From assembly GCA_963768655.1 (NCBI GenBank), contig CAVYIM010000005.1, positions 64,001 through 128,000 of the forward strand: 64,000 nt of DNA, given 5' to 3'. The translations under genes and the position numbers were made by a program. Shown here piece after piece: positions 20,945 to 30,753 of the stretch (the stretch's first letter is position 1; each line of letters opens with the position of its first letter). A model generated the notes under the pieces. That model made no database searches. It was not told the DNA's origin and saw only the letters and a list, made by a program, of their open reading frames with translations. The DNA is from an uncultured Chloroflexia bacterium (lineage in GTDB: Bacteria; Chloroflexota; Limnocylindria; Limnocylindrales; CSP1-4).

Positions 20945-21658
20945 ATGAAGACCATCCTCGTCGTCGACGACGAGCGCAACATCGTCGAGCTCGTGCGGCT
21001 GTACCTCGAGAAGGAGGGCTTTGCCGTCGTGGCGGCCGGCGACGGCGAGCAGGCGCTCGTCCAGTACGAGCGCACCGACCCCGCCCTGGTGGTGCTCGAC
21101 TTGATGCTACCCAAGATGGACGGCTTCGAGGTCTGCCGGGAGCTGCGCCGCCGGAGCGACGTGCCGATCCTGATGCTGACCGCCCGCTCCGAGGACGTGG
21201 ACGCGATCGTCGGCCTGGAGCTCGGCGCCGACGACTACGTGACCAAGCCGTTCAACCCACGGGCGCTGGTGGCACGGGTCAAGGCGATCCTGCGGCGCAC
21301 CGACGCGACCGCCAAGGGCGGACGGCCGATCGAGGTCGGCAATCTGCGCATCGATCCACGACGGCGCGAGGCGCTGGTCGGCGTCCGGCGCCTGGAGCTG
21401 AGGGCGCGCGAGTTCGACCTGCTGGCCGCACTGGCGCGCGATCCCGGCGTCGTGCTCACCCGCGACGCACTGCTCGAGGACGTGTGGGGCACTGACTTCC
21501 CGGGCGAGACCCGGACCGTGGACGTCCACGTCGCCGAGGTGCGCAAGAAGCTCGGCGATGACGGGCCGCAAGTGGAGACGATCCGAGGCCTGGGATACCG
21601 GCTGGTGCCTCCTCCCCGGGGCGCGGTCGAACCCGGCCCGTCGACCGTCGCCGACTAG
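20945..21658 (+). CDS. OmpR-family response regulator
   Basis: ILVVDD, LDLMLP, GADDYVTKPF, TRTVDVHV, RGLGY; TATCCT 6 nt before ATG. Confidence 0.95.
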   Translation: MKTILVVDDERNIVELVRLYLEKEGFAVVAAGDGEQALVQYERTDPALVVLDLMLPKMDGFEVCRELRRRSDVPILMLTARSEDVDAIVGLELGADDYVTKPFNPRALVARVKAILRRTDATAKGGRPIEVGNLRIDPRRREALVGVRRLELRAREFDLLAALARDPGVVLTRDALLEDVWGTDFPGETRTVDVHVAEVRKKLGDDGPQVETIRGLGYRLVPPPRGAVEPGPSTVAD

Positions 21659-21670
21659 AGGCGCCCACCG

Positions 21671-23101
21671 ATGCTGCCGCGCGGGCTGACCGGCCGAATC
21701 GTCCTGGCCTTCGCCGGCCTGGCCGCGGCGATGCTGCTCGCCGTCGCGGCAACCCTCTTCGTGGTGCTGCACCAGCTCCATGAAGACGAGATCAAGGATT
21801 CGCTGTCACGCCAGATCGTCCAGGTGGTGGTCAACCTCGCCAGCGAGACGCCCGACCAGTGGGACTCCACGCTGACCGCCTACGGCGCCTCGGTCGCCGC
21901 CGACGGCGGCTACGTCCTGGTCCAGACCCCCGACGGCGCCATCCGGGTCATGGCCGGCAATCCCTCGTCTTTGAATGTGCCGACCACCGGCCCCATCGGG
22001 AGGACGCAGACCTCCAACGGCAACTGGTACGTTTACGCCGAGGCGAGCAAGAATGCCGCCGGCGGCCGCACCATCCTGTTCGCCCTGCCCGATACCTCGG
22101 CGCGGCAGGCGCTGGGCGATCTCGGCGGCGCGATGCTCATCGTCGCCCTCGTCCTGCTCGTCGTCGGCATACCCGTGGCGTGGCTTCTGTCGGGGTCGCT
22201 GACCGGGCCGATGCGCCGCCTCGCCAACGCCGCCGCCGAGCTGCCGGCCGCCTCGGGTGAGACCAAGCCGCTCCCGCTGGAGGGTCCGACGGAAGTGAGG
22301 GCCCTGACCGAACGGTTCAACGCCATGGCTCACGAGCTGGCGTCGACGCGGCAGGAGGAGACGCAACTCCTCGCCAACCTGCGCCACGATCTGCGCACGC
22401 CCCTGACGAGCATCGGCGGGTTCGCCGAGGCTATCGCCGACGGGACGGCCTCCGGCGATCGGGCCGCGTCGGCCGCCCGGACCATCGCCGAGGAAGCGCA
22501 GCGGCTCGAGCGGCTGGTCGGCGAGCTGGGCGTCGTGGAGAGGCTGCGCCAGGGTCCCGCTTCGCTCCGCCCGGAGGCACTCGACGCGACCGCGCTGCTG
22601 ACCGACGCCGCAGCCCGGTTCGAGGCGCGCGCCACCGGCCTGGGCCTGGCAATCGACGTCGCCGGGGCGATCCCCGGAGAGCCGGCCCTGGCGTTTACCG
22701 GCGACCGGCTGGCCGTGGAGCGGATCCTCCAGAACCTCATCGAAAACGCCCTATCGGTGGTTCCTTGGGGTGGCCACGTCTGGCTGCGCGCGGTGTCGCT
22801 GCGCATGCCGGGACGCCCGACCGGGATCTCTCTGAGCGTCACCGACGACGGGCCGGGCTTCCCGCCCGGGACGGCGGAGCGGGTCTTCGAGCGCTTCTAT
22901 AGAGCCGACCCGTCCCGAACCGGCGGCGGTTCGGGCCTGGGATTGGCGATCGTCCGAGAGCTGGCGCGGGCCCACGGCGGCGAAGCCTGGGCCGAGAACG
23001 TCGCCCCCCACGGAGCGCGGGTGACGGTGCTGCTGCCGTTGAGCCCGGTCGTTCCCGACGCAACGAAGCCGCCCGAAAAGGACGCCGGAACCGAATCCTG
23101 A
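21671..23101 (+). CDS. HAMP-domain sensor histidine kinase (BaeS-like)
   Basis: 2 TMs, HAMP, HDLRTPL, NLIENA, DDGPG, GSGLGL. Confidence 0.93.
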   Translation: MLPRGLTGRIVLAFAGLAAAMLLAVAATLFVVLHQLHEDEIKDSLSRQIVQVVVNLASETPDQWDSTLTAYGASVAADGGYVLVQTPDGAIRVMAGNPSSLNVPTTGPIGRTQTSNGNWYVYAEASKNAAGGRTILFALPDTSARQALGDLGGAMLIVALVLLVVGIPVAWLLSGSLTGPMRRLANAAAELPAASGETKPLPLEGPTEVRALTERFNAMAHELASTRQEETQLLANLRHDLRTPLTSIGGFAEAIADGTASGDRAASAARTIAEEAQRLERLVGELGVVERLRQGPASLRPEALDATALLTDAAARFEARATGLGLAIDVAGAIPGEPALAFTGDRLAVERILQNLIENALSVVPWGGHVWLRAVSLRMPGRPTGISLSVTDDGPGFPPGTAERVFERFYRADPSRTGGGSGLGLAIVRELARAHGGEAWAENVAPHGARVTVLLPLSPVVPDATKPPEKDAGTES

Positions 23102-23110
23102 CGGCCCGCG

Positions 23111-23147
23111 CCGGCGGCCTCAGCTCCGGCGGCCTCAGCTCCGGCGG
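23111..23147. repeat. 15-bp tandem repeat, ~2.5 copies (CCGGCGGCCTCAGCT)
   Basis: Read directly from sequence; lies just upstream of the -10 at 23170. Confidence 0.85.
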
Positions 23148-23181
23148 GCTACTCGACTCCGCCTGCCGCTATCCTTCGCGG

Positions 23182-24309
23182 GTGAGCGACGCAACAAATC
23201 AGGCCGGCCCGCCGGCCGAGATCACCCATCTTGTCCGCCAGCGGACCGAAGCCCGGGCCCGCCGCGACTGGACGACGGCCGACGCCCTGAAGGCCCAGAT
23301 CGAGGCCGCCGGCTGGAAGGTCACCGATCACGGCGGCCGAACCTCCGTCAGCCGGGCCGCTCCACCGAGCGTCGAGCTGGACGGAGCGGTTCGATACGGA
23401 TCTGCCGCTGCCGTGCCGTCACGTCTGGATCAGCCGCCCGAAGTGCCCTGGACGGCGATAGTGCTCGCATCCGAATCGCCCGAACGAGTTTCGCGGTTGC
23501 TCGCCGGCTTGCGGGCCCACGCCCCGGGCGCGACTCAGGTCGTGGTCGTCGCCAACGACCCGAGCGAGCTCCAGGCGGCGGCGCTCGCGGACGGCGCTCC
23601 GGATCGTACCGCCATCGACGGGCGCGACGTCGAGGTCCTTCGAACCGCCACTCGCCTGGGCCACGCCGCCGCGCTGAACATCGCCCTGAGACGGGCCGCC
23701 GGTGAGCTGGTGCTCATCGCCGACGGCACCGCCTGGCCGGCCGGTGACGCGCTCACTCCGCTGGCCGCGGCGCTGGCCGACCCGGCGGTTGCCGTAGCGG
23801 GAGCCTTCGGCGTCGCGTCGGCCGAACCCGGACGCTTTCGGCCGTCGGCCCTCGAGCCCTCCGAGGCGCGCCGAGTCGGAGCCATACTGGCCGGCTGGAT
23901 GGCATTCCGACGCTCCGACTACGTCGCGCTGGGGCCGCTCGACGAGCGCTTCGTGACGCCGGCCTGGCTGGACGTCTGGTGGAGCCTGCGCCTCCGGGCG
24001 GGCGCGGACCCCGACTGGACGGACGCGGCACCGGCCGATGCCACCGCGGCTGCCGACGGCGAGGCCGAGGCTGCCGACAGCGGAGCCGAGGCGGCCGGCG
24101 CCCGGACGGCCGAGACCGAGGCAGTCGGACCGGCGGACGCCGGTGCCGGGACCGTCGAGGTCGAGGTCCCGGCGCCACGGCGAGCCATCCGCCTCGACCT
24201 GGCCCTCGAGCACGACGAGGTAGTCTGGCCGCCCGACAGATCGCGGCTGGGCCGCCGCAACATGTACCGCGTGCTCGACCGCTGGGGCTGGCGAGACGAC
24301 CTCGTCTGA
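23182..24309 (+). CDS. Fusion of CysRS C-terminal-like helical domain and GT2/GT-A-like glycosyltransferase domain
   Basis: RTEARARRDWTTADALKAQIEAAGWKVTD; GT2-like VVVVAN, LGHAAALNIALRRAAGELVLIAD, LGPLDERF. Confidence 0.65.
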   Translation: MSDATNQAGPPAEITHLVRQRTEARARRDWTTADALKAQIEAAGWKVTDHGGRTSVSRAAPPSVELDGAVRYGSAAAVPSRLDQPPEVPWTAIVLASESPERVSRLLAGLRAHAPGATQVVVVANDPSELQAAALADGAPDRTAIDGRDVEVLRTATRLGHAAALNIALRRAAGELVLIADGTAWPAGDALTPLAAALADPAVAVAGAFGVASAEPGRFRPSALEPSEARRVGAILAGWMAFRRSDYVALGPLDERFVTPAWLDVWWSLRLRAGADPDWTDAAPADATAAADGEAEAADSGAEAAGARTAETEAVGPADAGAGTVEVEVPAPRRAIRLDLALEHDEVVWPPDRSRLGRRNMYRVLDRWGWRDDLV

Positions 24310-24354
24310 GCCGGCGAGCCCGGCGCAGGGCAGGCCGGCCCAGGGTGCGCGTCC

Positions 24355-25704
24355 CTACTGCAGGATCGCGGAAACCACGACCACCGGCCCGATGGCGGGT
24401 GCGGCGCCGAGCTGCACGGCCGGCGAAACCTGGCTCGTGTAGTAATGGTAGGCGGGATCCGCCTGCCACCTGGCGGTGCCTACGAAGTAGCCGGCGACCA
24501 TGACCGCGACCAGCGCGACCACGCCGACGATCGGCAGCGCCAGCCGCTGGAGCCCCGACCTGCCTCCGCCGGGCATCTGCCAGAGCGAGCCGAGCGTCGG
24601 CACCCGGCCCGGCGGCATGACCAGCGCAAGCCACACGCCGGCGACGAGCCCGCCTACGTGGGCGAAGTTGTCGACGTTGCCGAAGACGCCGGAGAAGCCC
24701 AGCACGAGGTTCAGGACGATCAGGAAGCCGATCTGCGAAGCGATGGCCCGCGACTGTGAGTCCAGGACGGCATGGTGGTACTCCGTCGCCACCAACACGA
24801 TTCCGAAGAGCGCGAAGATCGCGCCCGAAGCGCCGACCGAAGCGCCGGCGTCCCCGAAGACGTAGCTGGATAGCGAGGCGGCGATCCCGCCCAGGATGTA
24901 GAAGAACAGCATCAGCCTGGCGCCGTACATCTTCTCCACCACCTGCCCGGCAAACCACAGGGCGTACATGTTGAAGAGAAGATGCAGGATGTCGTTCGGA
25001 TCGTGGACGAGAACGACTGAGAGCAGCCGATAGATCTCGCCGCTGGCGACCAGGTACTTGTTTAGCTCCAGCTGCAGCTCGAGCGGTCCACCGGGACTGA
25101 GCTGACCCGGCGGCGCCGTCCCGCCCTGCATCGCGACCAGGGACGTGACCACCGTCACGCCGATGATCAGGTAGGTCATGAAGGACGGCAGCACGTCGCC
25201 GCGGCTGCGAGCGAAGTAGCGACCAGCGGCCCGGGTGTTGCCGGTCTCCTTGGACAGCCAGCCGAGGCGCGAGGCGATCAGCGCCTTGTCGGCGGCGGGG
25301 GCGCGCCGCTCGCACTGGCGGTAGGCATCGAGCGCGCCCTGCAGATCCTTGGCGCGAACCCGCGCCGCGGCGACCTGACGCCAGGCTCGGTACGTCACCG
25401 GCGTCTCGGGCAGGCTGGTGACTCGCTCCCAGGTGGTCAGGGCGTCGGCCTCGCGGTCCAGGCGGTAGAGAGCGTTACCCATGCCGTACAGTGCGGCCGC
25501 GGAGACGTCCCGGTCCGACGTGCCGAGCGTCCGGCCGTACAAGGCCAGGGCGTGTTCCGGCTCACCGGCCTCCAGCAGCTCGTCGGCCCTGCGAATCAGG
25601 GCGATTGCCGTCGAGCGGTCCAGTGGGCCGGCAACAGACGGGTCGAAGCCGTCCGGAACGGCGGGCTGGCCCTCGAACCGAAGTCCCTCAGAAGCACGAT
25701 CCAT
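24355..25704 (-). CDS. TPR-rhomboid intramembrane serine protease
   Basis: N-terminal TPR-like helices; HLLFNM, GASG (Ser), AHVGG (His); TAGAGT 7 nt before ATG 25704. Confidence 0.9.
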   Translation of the reverse strand: MDRASEGLRFEGQPAVPDGFDPSVAGPLDRSTAIALIRRADELLEAGEPEHALALYGRTLGTSDRDVSAAALYGMGNALYRLDREADALTTWERVTSLPETPVTYRAWRQVAAARVRAKDLQGALDAYRQCERRAPAADKALIASRLGWLSKETGNTRAAGRYFARSRGDVLPSFMTYLIIGVTVVTSLVAMQGGTAPPGQLSPGGPLELQLELNKYLVASGEIYRLLSVVLVHDPNDILHLLFNMYALWFAGQVVEKMYGARLMLFFYILGGIAASLSSYVFGDAGASVGASGAIFALFGIVLVATEYHHAVLDSQSRAIASQIGFLIVLNLVLGFSGVFGNVDNFAHVGGLVAGVWLALVMPPGRVPTLGSLWQMPGGGRSGLQRLALPIVGVVALVAVMVAGYFVGTARWQADPAYHYYTSQVSPAVQLGAAPAIGPVVVVSAILQ

Positions 25705-25790
25705 GGCGGGCACTCTACATGAACGAAGGGCCAGGCGCGGCACCGGCAGCCGGCGCAGCGCCGGGTGCCCGCGCGGCGCCGGTTGGCACC

Positions 25791-26534
25791 TCAGCCGGCG
25801 ACAGGCTCCCAGCCCGAGGCCTTGACCGCCTCCGCGAACGCCGCCGCCGGTTCGGTCCCGGCATCGAGCCGGGCGGCAAAGGCGCCCACGACGCGACCGA
25901 ACGAACCGTCGTCCACGGCGGGCGCCTCCAGGAGCGTCGCCTCAGGAGGGAGGGGCGGGGGCGTGGCGCCGGGCGGCAGGAGCACGACGAGCCGGGCCCC
26001 GGCAAATGCCGCGCCCTCGACCACGGCCTCGACCGCGGCCTCGGGGAGTGGCTCCGCGAGCACCACCACCCGCATCTCGGCCAGGTAGCGCAGAGCCAGG
26101 GAGATATCGCCGCCCTCGAGCCCCGGCCGCGCGGCCGGATCGGCGGGCAGCAGTTCGACCTCGGCCCGCGGCCCGTCGTCGTCGCCGCCGTCACCCGCCA
26201 GTGCATCGCCCGCCAGCGCACCGGCCGCGGGAGCGTCGGCGCCACGGGCAGCTGCAGCCATGTCCACGGCTTCGGGCTCCGTGACGACGGCCACCGCGGA
26301 CAGCACCGGGGTGGATCGCGCGGGATCCCGGAGCAGCGCCGCGTGCCCGACACCGAGACGCCCGAGCGCCAGAACGACCGCGTCGCCCGCTCCGTCATCT
26401 CCGACCTTGCCGACCAGCTCCACCGAGCTGCCGAGGGCAGCCGCCGCGGCGGCCACGTCGACGGCAAGCCCGCCGGCACCCCCCTCCCCGTCCGCCGAGC
26501 CGGCGTACGCCGGCAGACCGATGACGACGATCAT
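25791..26534 (-). CDS. PfkB-like protein with degenerate C-terminal kinase motif
   Basis: GG...VGKVGDDGAG N-terminal signature present; no DTxGAGD. Confidence 0.65.
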   Translation of the reverse strand: MIVVIGLPAYAGSADGEGGAGGLAVDVAAAAAALGSSVELVGKVGDDGAGDAVVLALGRLGVGHAALLRDPARSTPVLSAVAVVTEPEAVDMAAAARGADAPAAGALAGDALAGDGGDDDGPRAEVELLPADPAARPGLEGGDISLALRYLAEMRVVVLAEPLPEAAVEAVVEGAAFAGARLVVLLPPGATPPPLPPEATLLEAPAVDDGSFGRVVGAFAARLDAGTEPAAAFAEAVKASGWEPVAG

Positions 26535-28003
26535 TCGCCGGCCTCGTCCTCTCCGAGAGCGCCGCCTTCATCGACCGCGCCCGGCGACTCATCGTGGATC
26601 ACCTCGAGCTCGCCGAGGCCGGCCGCCTCGAGATCCTTGCCCACCGCCTCCGCGTCACCGACCAGTACGATGGCCAGCCGGTCGGGATGGATGTGGTCCG
26701 CCGCCGCCTTCCGAACGTTCTCCGCCGTGACCGCCTCGACGAGTCCGCGATAGCGCGCCAGTTCGTCGTCGGGGAGGCCGTGCACGAACAGCCCTCCGAT
26801 CGCCCCGACCACGGCCCCCGGCGTCTCGAAGCGGAGCGGGAACACACCGACCAGATAATCGCGCGCGACGTCCAGCTCCGCATCCGTGACCAGCGTCTCG
26901 CGCATCCGGTGCAGCTCCTTCACCGCCTCGGAGATGGCGGGCACCGTGACAGCCGTCTGGACGGCGGTCCGGACGGCGAATGGCCCGGCCCCCCGCCGCA
27001 TGTCGAAACCGGCGCCGACGCCGTACGTGTAGCCCTTCTCCTCTCGCAGGTTCAGCTGCAGCCGCGAGTTGAACAGCCCGCCCAGGATCGCCGCCATGAC
27101 CTGCACGGCGTAGAAGTCCGGGACGAGACGCGGCAGGCCGACGTGCCCGATTCGAACCTCCGACTGAACCGAGCCCGGGCGGTCGTAGAGTCGAATGATC
27201 GGTCGATCGACGGCCGCGACTGCGACGGGCGCTCGTCCGGCGAGGGACAGGCCGGGGCCCGAACCGCTCGACGCTCCGGACACGCCCGAACCGCCCGAAG
27301 GGCCGCTGGCCAGCGAGCCCAGTACTTCCTCGGCCAGGCGCGGCACGTCGATACCGGCCAAATCGCCGCCGACGACCAGAGCGCCATTCTCGGGCGACAG
27401 CACCGCGCGATGGATTCCGATCAGGTCGTCGCGCGTCAGCCGCCCGACCGTCGATTCGTCGCCTCCGGCAAGGCGCGAATACGGCGACTCGGCGGTGTAG
27501 ATCGTCGCGGAGAAAGCCTGCTCCACACGACGGCGCGGTTCGGCACGCATCTGCAGCAGGTCGTTGAGGCGCTCGTCGCGCAGCCGCGCGACCTCCTCCG
27601 CGGGAAACGTCGGGCGCTCGACGAGCTCATCGAGCAACTGCAGCGCGGCCCGCAGGCGCGAAGCCGCGACCTCGACGCTGGCGGCGAAGGCGTCCCAGCT
27701 GGCCTCGGCGTGGAGCGTCGCGCCGAGCCTCTCGGCGGCCTCGACGAGCTCCAGCCCCGGGTATCGCTCCGTGCCCTCGGTCAGAGCCCTCGCGGCGAGG
27801 ACGGTGGCGCCCGCCAGGTCGGCCGGCTCGTCGACGGAACCGATTCGGAAGACCAGGTTGGCCGACACGAGAGGCCGGCCCGGGACGTGAACCGCCAGTA
27901 CCTGCAGGCCGGACGGCAGGACCGTCCGCTCGAAGTCCGGGAAGCTGTAGGCGCGCGGCTGGCCCGGTGACGGTCGGGCGGCCAGAATCTCGTCGAGCGT
28001 CAT
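26531..28003 (-). CDS. M16 peptidase, non-catalytic subunit
   Basis: No HxxEH; has SRLQLNLREEKGYTY (R/Y motif). Confidence 0.9.
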   Translation of the reverse strand: MTLDEILAARPSPGQPRAYSFPDFERTVLPSGLQVLAVHVPGRPLVSANLVFRIGSVDEPADLAGATVLAARALTEGTERYPGLELVEAAERLGATLHAEASWDAFAASVEVAASRLRAALQLLDELVERPTFPAEEVARLRDERLNDLLQMRAEPRRRVEQAFSATIYTAESPYSRLAGGDESTVGRLTRDDLIGIHRAVLSPENGALVVGGDLAGIDVPRLAEEVLGSLASGPSGGSGVSGASSGSGPGLSLAGRAPVAVAAVDRPIIRLYDRPGSVQSEVRIGHVGLPRLVPDFYAVQVMAAILGGLFNSRLQLNLREEKGYTYGVGAGFDMRRGAGPFAVRTAVQTAVTVPAISEAVKELHRMRETLVTDAELDVARDYLVGVFPLRFETPGAVVGAIGGLFVHGLPDDELARYRGLVEAVTAENVRKAAADHIHPDRLAIVLVGDAEAVGKDLEAAGLGELEVIHDESPGAVDEGGALGEDEAGE

Positions 28004-29310
28004 GCCGCCGACTCCTGGTCTTCGCCCCTGGCCGCTCCGGCGGCGGGCATGTAGGTGAGCACGACGCGGTTCTCCGGCCGAAACACCTCCGCGGCTACGG
28101 CCTGGATCTCCTCCGCCGTAACCGACAGATACCTTTCGAGCTGGCGGTTGATTAGGTCGGGGTCGTCGAGCAGCGTCGCGAACATCGCCAGGCGATCGGC
28201 GCGTTCCTCCACGCGCTGGAGCGCCTCGAGCTCGTAGGTCTCGATCAAGGCTCGCGCGCGGGCGAGCTCGTCGGCCGTCACCGGCTCCCGGCCCAGGCGC
28301 TCGAGCTCCTCCTCAAAGGCGCGCTCGACGACTTCGGGATCGACTCCCGGCCGGACCGTCGCCTGACCTGCGGCGATCGATGCCCCGCCGACGAACCCCA
28401 GGGCGAAGAACGCGACGTCCTGAGCGATCCGTTCCTCACGCACTAGCCGGCGATACAGCCGGCTGCCCTTGCCGCCGGCCAGTATCTGCGAGGCGACCTC
28501 CAGGGCGTCCAGCCGCGGATCGCCAAAGCACGGCGCCCGAAAGCCGAGGTAGTGGCGCGGCAGCGGCACGCGATCCTCGACCACTTCCCGACTCTCGGCC
28601 CCCAGCGTGGGCGGCAGGCTCACGTCACCGAGCGGCGGGATGGTCGGATTCGCCGCGATCTCGCCAAAGTAGCGCTCCACCCAGGCTCGGACCTGCGCCG
28701 GATCTGCGTCGCCGGCGATCGCCAGGACCGCGTTGTTGGGCGCGTAGTAGGTCCGGAAGAAAGCGGCCACGTCCTCCAGAGAGGCCGCGTCCAGGTCCGC
28801 CATCGACCCGATCGTCGGATGATGGTACGGATGCTCCGGAGGGAAGAGGTGTTCCTGGAGCTTGTGGAACCACTGGCCGTATGGTCGGTTGTCGTAGCTC
28901 GATCGCTTCTCGTTCTTGACGACGTCGCGCTGGTTGTCGAGGTTCTCCTGGCTCAGGGCATCCAGCAGCGTCGCCATGCGGTCGGCCTCGAGCCAGAGGG
29001 CGAGCTCCAACTGGTGGCTCGGCATCGTCTCGAAGTAGTTGGTTCGGTCCAGCCAGGTCGTGCCGTTGAGTGTCCCGCCGGCCGCCTGGACCAGACCCAT
29101 GTGCTCGGTCTTGGCAACGTGGCGAGAGCCCTGAAACATGACATGTTCGAAGAGATGGGCGAAGCCGGTCTTGCCGGGAACCTCGTTCTTGGAGCCGACC
29201 GCATACCAGATGCAGACCGCAACGACCGGGGCCAGATGGTCCTCGGCGATGATCAGCCGCAGCCCGTTGGCCAATCGCTCGTCGGTGAACCTGACTGTCG
29301 GTGCGGACAT
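28000..29310 (-). CDS. M16 zinc peptidase, catalytic subunit
   Basis: GFAHLFEHVMF (HxxEH), NGTT, DRTNY, EADRM. Confidence 0.93.
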   Translation of the reverse strand: MSAPTVRFTDERLANGLRLIIAEDHLAPVVAVCIWYAVGSKNEVPGKTGFAHLFEHVMFQGSRHVAKTEHMGLVQAAGGTLNGTTWLDRTNYFETMPSHQLELALWLEADRMATLLDALSQENLDNQRDVVKNEKRSSYDNRPYGQWFHKLQEHLFPPEHPYHHPTIGSMADLDAASLEDVAAFFRTYYAPNNAVLAIAGDADPAQVRAWVERYFGEIAANPTIPPLGDVSLPPTLGAESREVVEDRVPLPRHYLGFRAPCFGDPRLDALEVASQILAGGKGSRLYRRLVREERIAQDVAFFALGFVGGASIAAGQATVRPGVDPEVVERAFEEELERLGREPVTADELARARALIETYELEALQRVEERADRLAMFATLLDDPDLINRQLERYLSVTAEEIQAVAAEVFRPENRVVLTYMPAAGAARGEDQESAA

Positions 29311-29525
29311 AAGGCGGGACTCCTCGAGGATTCGCGGTCGCCGATGCAGGACAGGGGTGCCGCGGTGCCAGCATTGTAGGGGCCGCCGCCGACTGCGGCG
29401 TCGGCGGCCGGCATCGGGACCCCCAGAGTGAACCTGCCGTCCGCCGGGCCCGCGCCAGGACGTCCGGGGGCACCGCCCGCTCGGCGCAACCTGCCCAACC
29501 GGACTTGATCTCCGGTACCGGTCTA

Positions 29526-29545
29526 TGTTAGATTGTTGTCTAACA
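29526..29545. promoter_or_regulatory. Palindromic operator TGTTAGA-N6-TCTAACA
   Basis: Perfect 7-bp inverted repeat overlapping the putative -10; TTGATC -35 at 29505. Confidence 0.7.
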
Positions 29546-29568
29546 CGGTGTAAGAGGAACTACTAGAA

Positions 29569-30657
29569 GTGCCAGGGATCCAGAACCCACCGCGCGCTGC
29601 TCGGGAGCGATCCGGCGGTCTCGTCCGACCCGGTCTGACGATGACTCAGATGCCGGCGGTCGAGATCGACGTGCGCACGGGTTACGACTTCCTCATGAGC
29701 GGCTGCAACGACTGCGGCGAGCTCGAGGATCTCCTGCCCGAGGACCGCGTCTGGCTCGAAGAGGGCCGCGCGGCGATCGCCGGCGAGGTCGGAGAGACCG
29801 AATCCGCCAGGGCATGTGTCGGCTTCGTGTCCGAGATCGGCCGAATGCTACTCGGTCGGCCGGAGCTCAAGTCGGCCCGCCAGGTCGTCGGCGCCGTCGA
29901 CGAGCTCTCCGACCCGGAGTTGCTCGAATGCCTGTTCGGCGAGCTGATCGAGAGCCCGGACGTGGCCGATTCGGCCCGCAGGGCCCTCAACGGCGACGCC
30001 GAGGCATACGTGGAGCTGGGCGATCAACTCGAGCACTGGAAGGGTCACTCGGTCATGCCGGAGACCCTGGCCGAACTGGCTCCAGGCGCGCGCCGGACGC
30101 TTCACGCGTGGCTCCCCCGCTTCGAGCAGGTCGAGGCTCGCGTCGACCGCATGCTCGCCCGCGACGTCGCCGGCCGGCACCTCGACGACATGGTCGCCAA
30201 TCCCCTGGGCTTCGTCGAGAAGGCGACCAACGGCATCCGAATGGTCCCGGAGCAGAGGACGCGACGCATCGTTCTCGCACCGAGCTACTTCGGCCGGCCG
30301 TACAACTCGCTGACCAAGGTGGGCGACTCCACGCTCGTGTGCTATCCGATCGCCGACTCCGCTCTCGGGGCCGGCGGTAGGGCCGCTCCCCCGGTGGCGA
30401 CGGTGCGACTCTACCGCGCCCTTGGCGACGAGAGCAGGCTGCGCATCCTGCGCTTGCTTGCCGAGCGCGACCGCTACCTGACCGAGCTCGCCACCGATCT
30501 CGATCTCAGCAAGCCGACGGTCAGCCACCACCTGGCCCAGCTTCGGAGCGCGGGCCTCGTCACGATGACCGAGCAGGGCAACCTGACCTACTACACGCTT
30601 CGCCGGGATCGTGTCGAACAGGCCGGACCGGAGTTGAGCGCCTTCCTGGCGCGCTGA
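29569..30657 (+). CDS. ArsR/SmtB-family regulator with large N-terminal domain
   Basis: C-terminal wHTH: RALGDESRLRILRLL...LSKPTVSHHLAQLRSAGLV. Confidence 0.88.
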   Translation: MPGIQNPPRAARERSGGLVRPGLTMTQMPAVEIDVRTGYDFLMSGCNDCGELEDLLPEDRVWLEEGRAAIAGEVGETESARACVGFVSEIGRMLLGRPELKSARQVVGAVDELSDPELLECLFGELIESPDVADSARRALNGDAEAYVELGDQLEHWKGHSVMPETLAELAPGARRTLHAWLPRFEQVEARVDRMLARDVAGRHLDDMVANPLGFVEKATNGIRMVPEQRTRRIVLAPSYFGRPYNSLTKVGDSTLVCYPIADSALGAGGRAAPPVATVRLYRALGDESRLRILRLLAERDRYLTELATDLDLSKPTVSHHLAQLRSAGLVTMTEQGNLTYYTLRRDRVEQAGPELSAFLAR

Positions 30658-30696
30658 CCCACATGGAAACCGAAATTCAGATTTGATTGACCTCGA

Positions 30697-30716
30697 TGTT
30701 AGATAAGCAACTAACT
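30697..30716. promoter_or_regulatory. Second operator copy TGTTAGA-N6-ACTAACT
   Basis: Matches 29526-29545 at 12 of 14 half-site positions. Confidence 0.6.
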
Positions 30717-30753
30717 CTTGAGATCCAAAACCCTAACTAGGAGAGCAGGTCGA

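Noticed and set aside
23111-23147. Functional role for the 15-bp and 19-bp (3945-3989) tandem repeats
   Set aside because: Perfect ~2.5-copy duplications fit replication slippage; recorded as repeats only.
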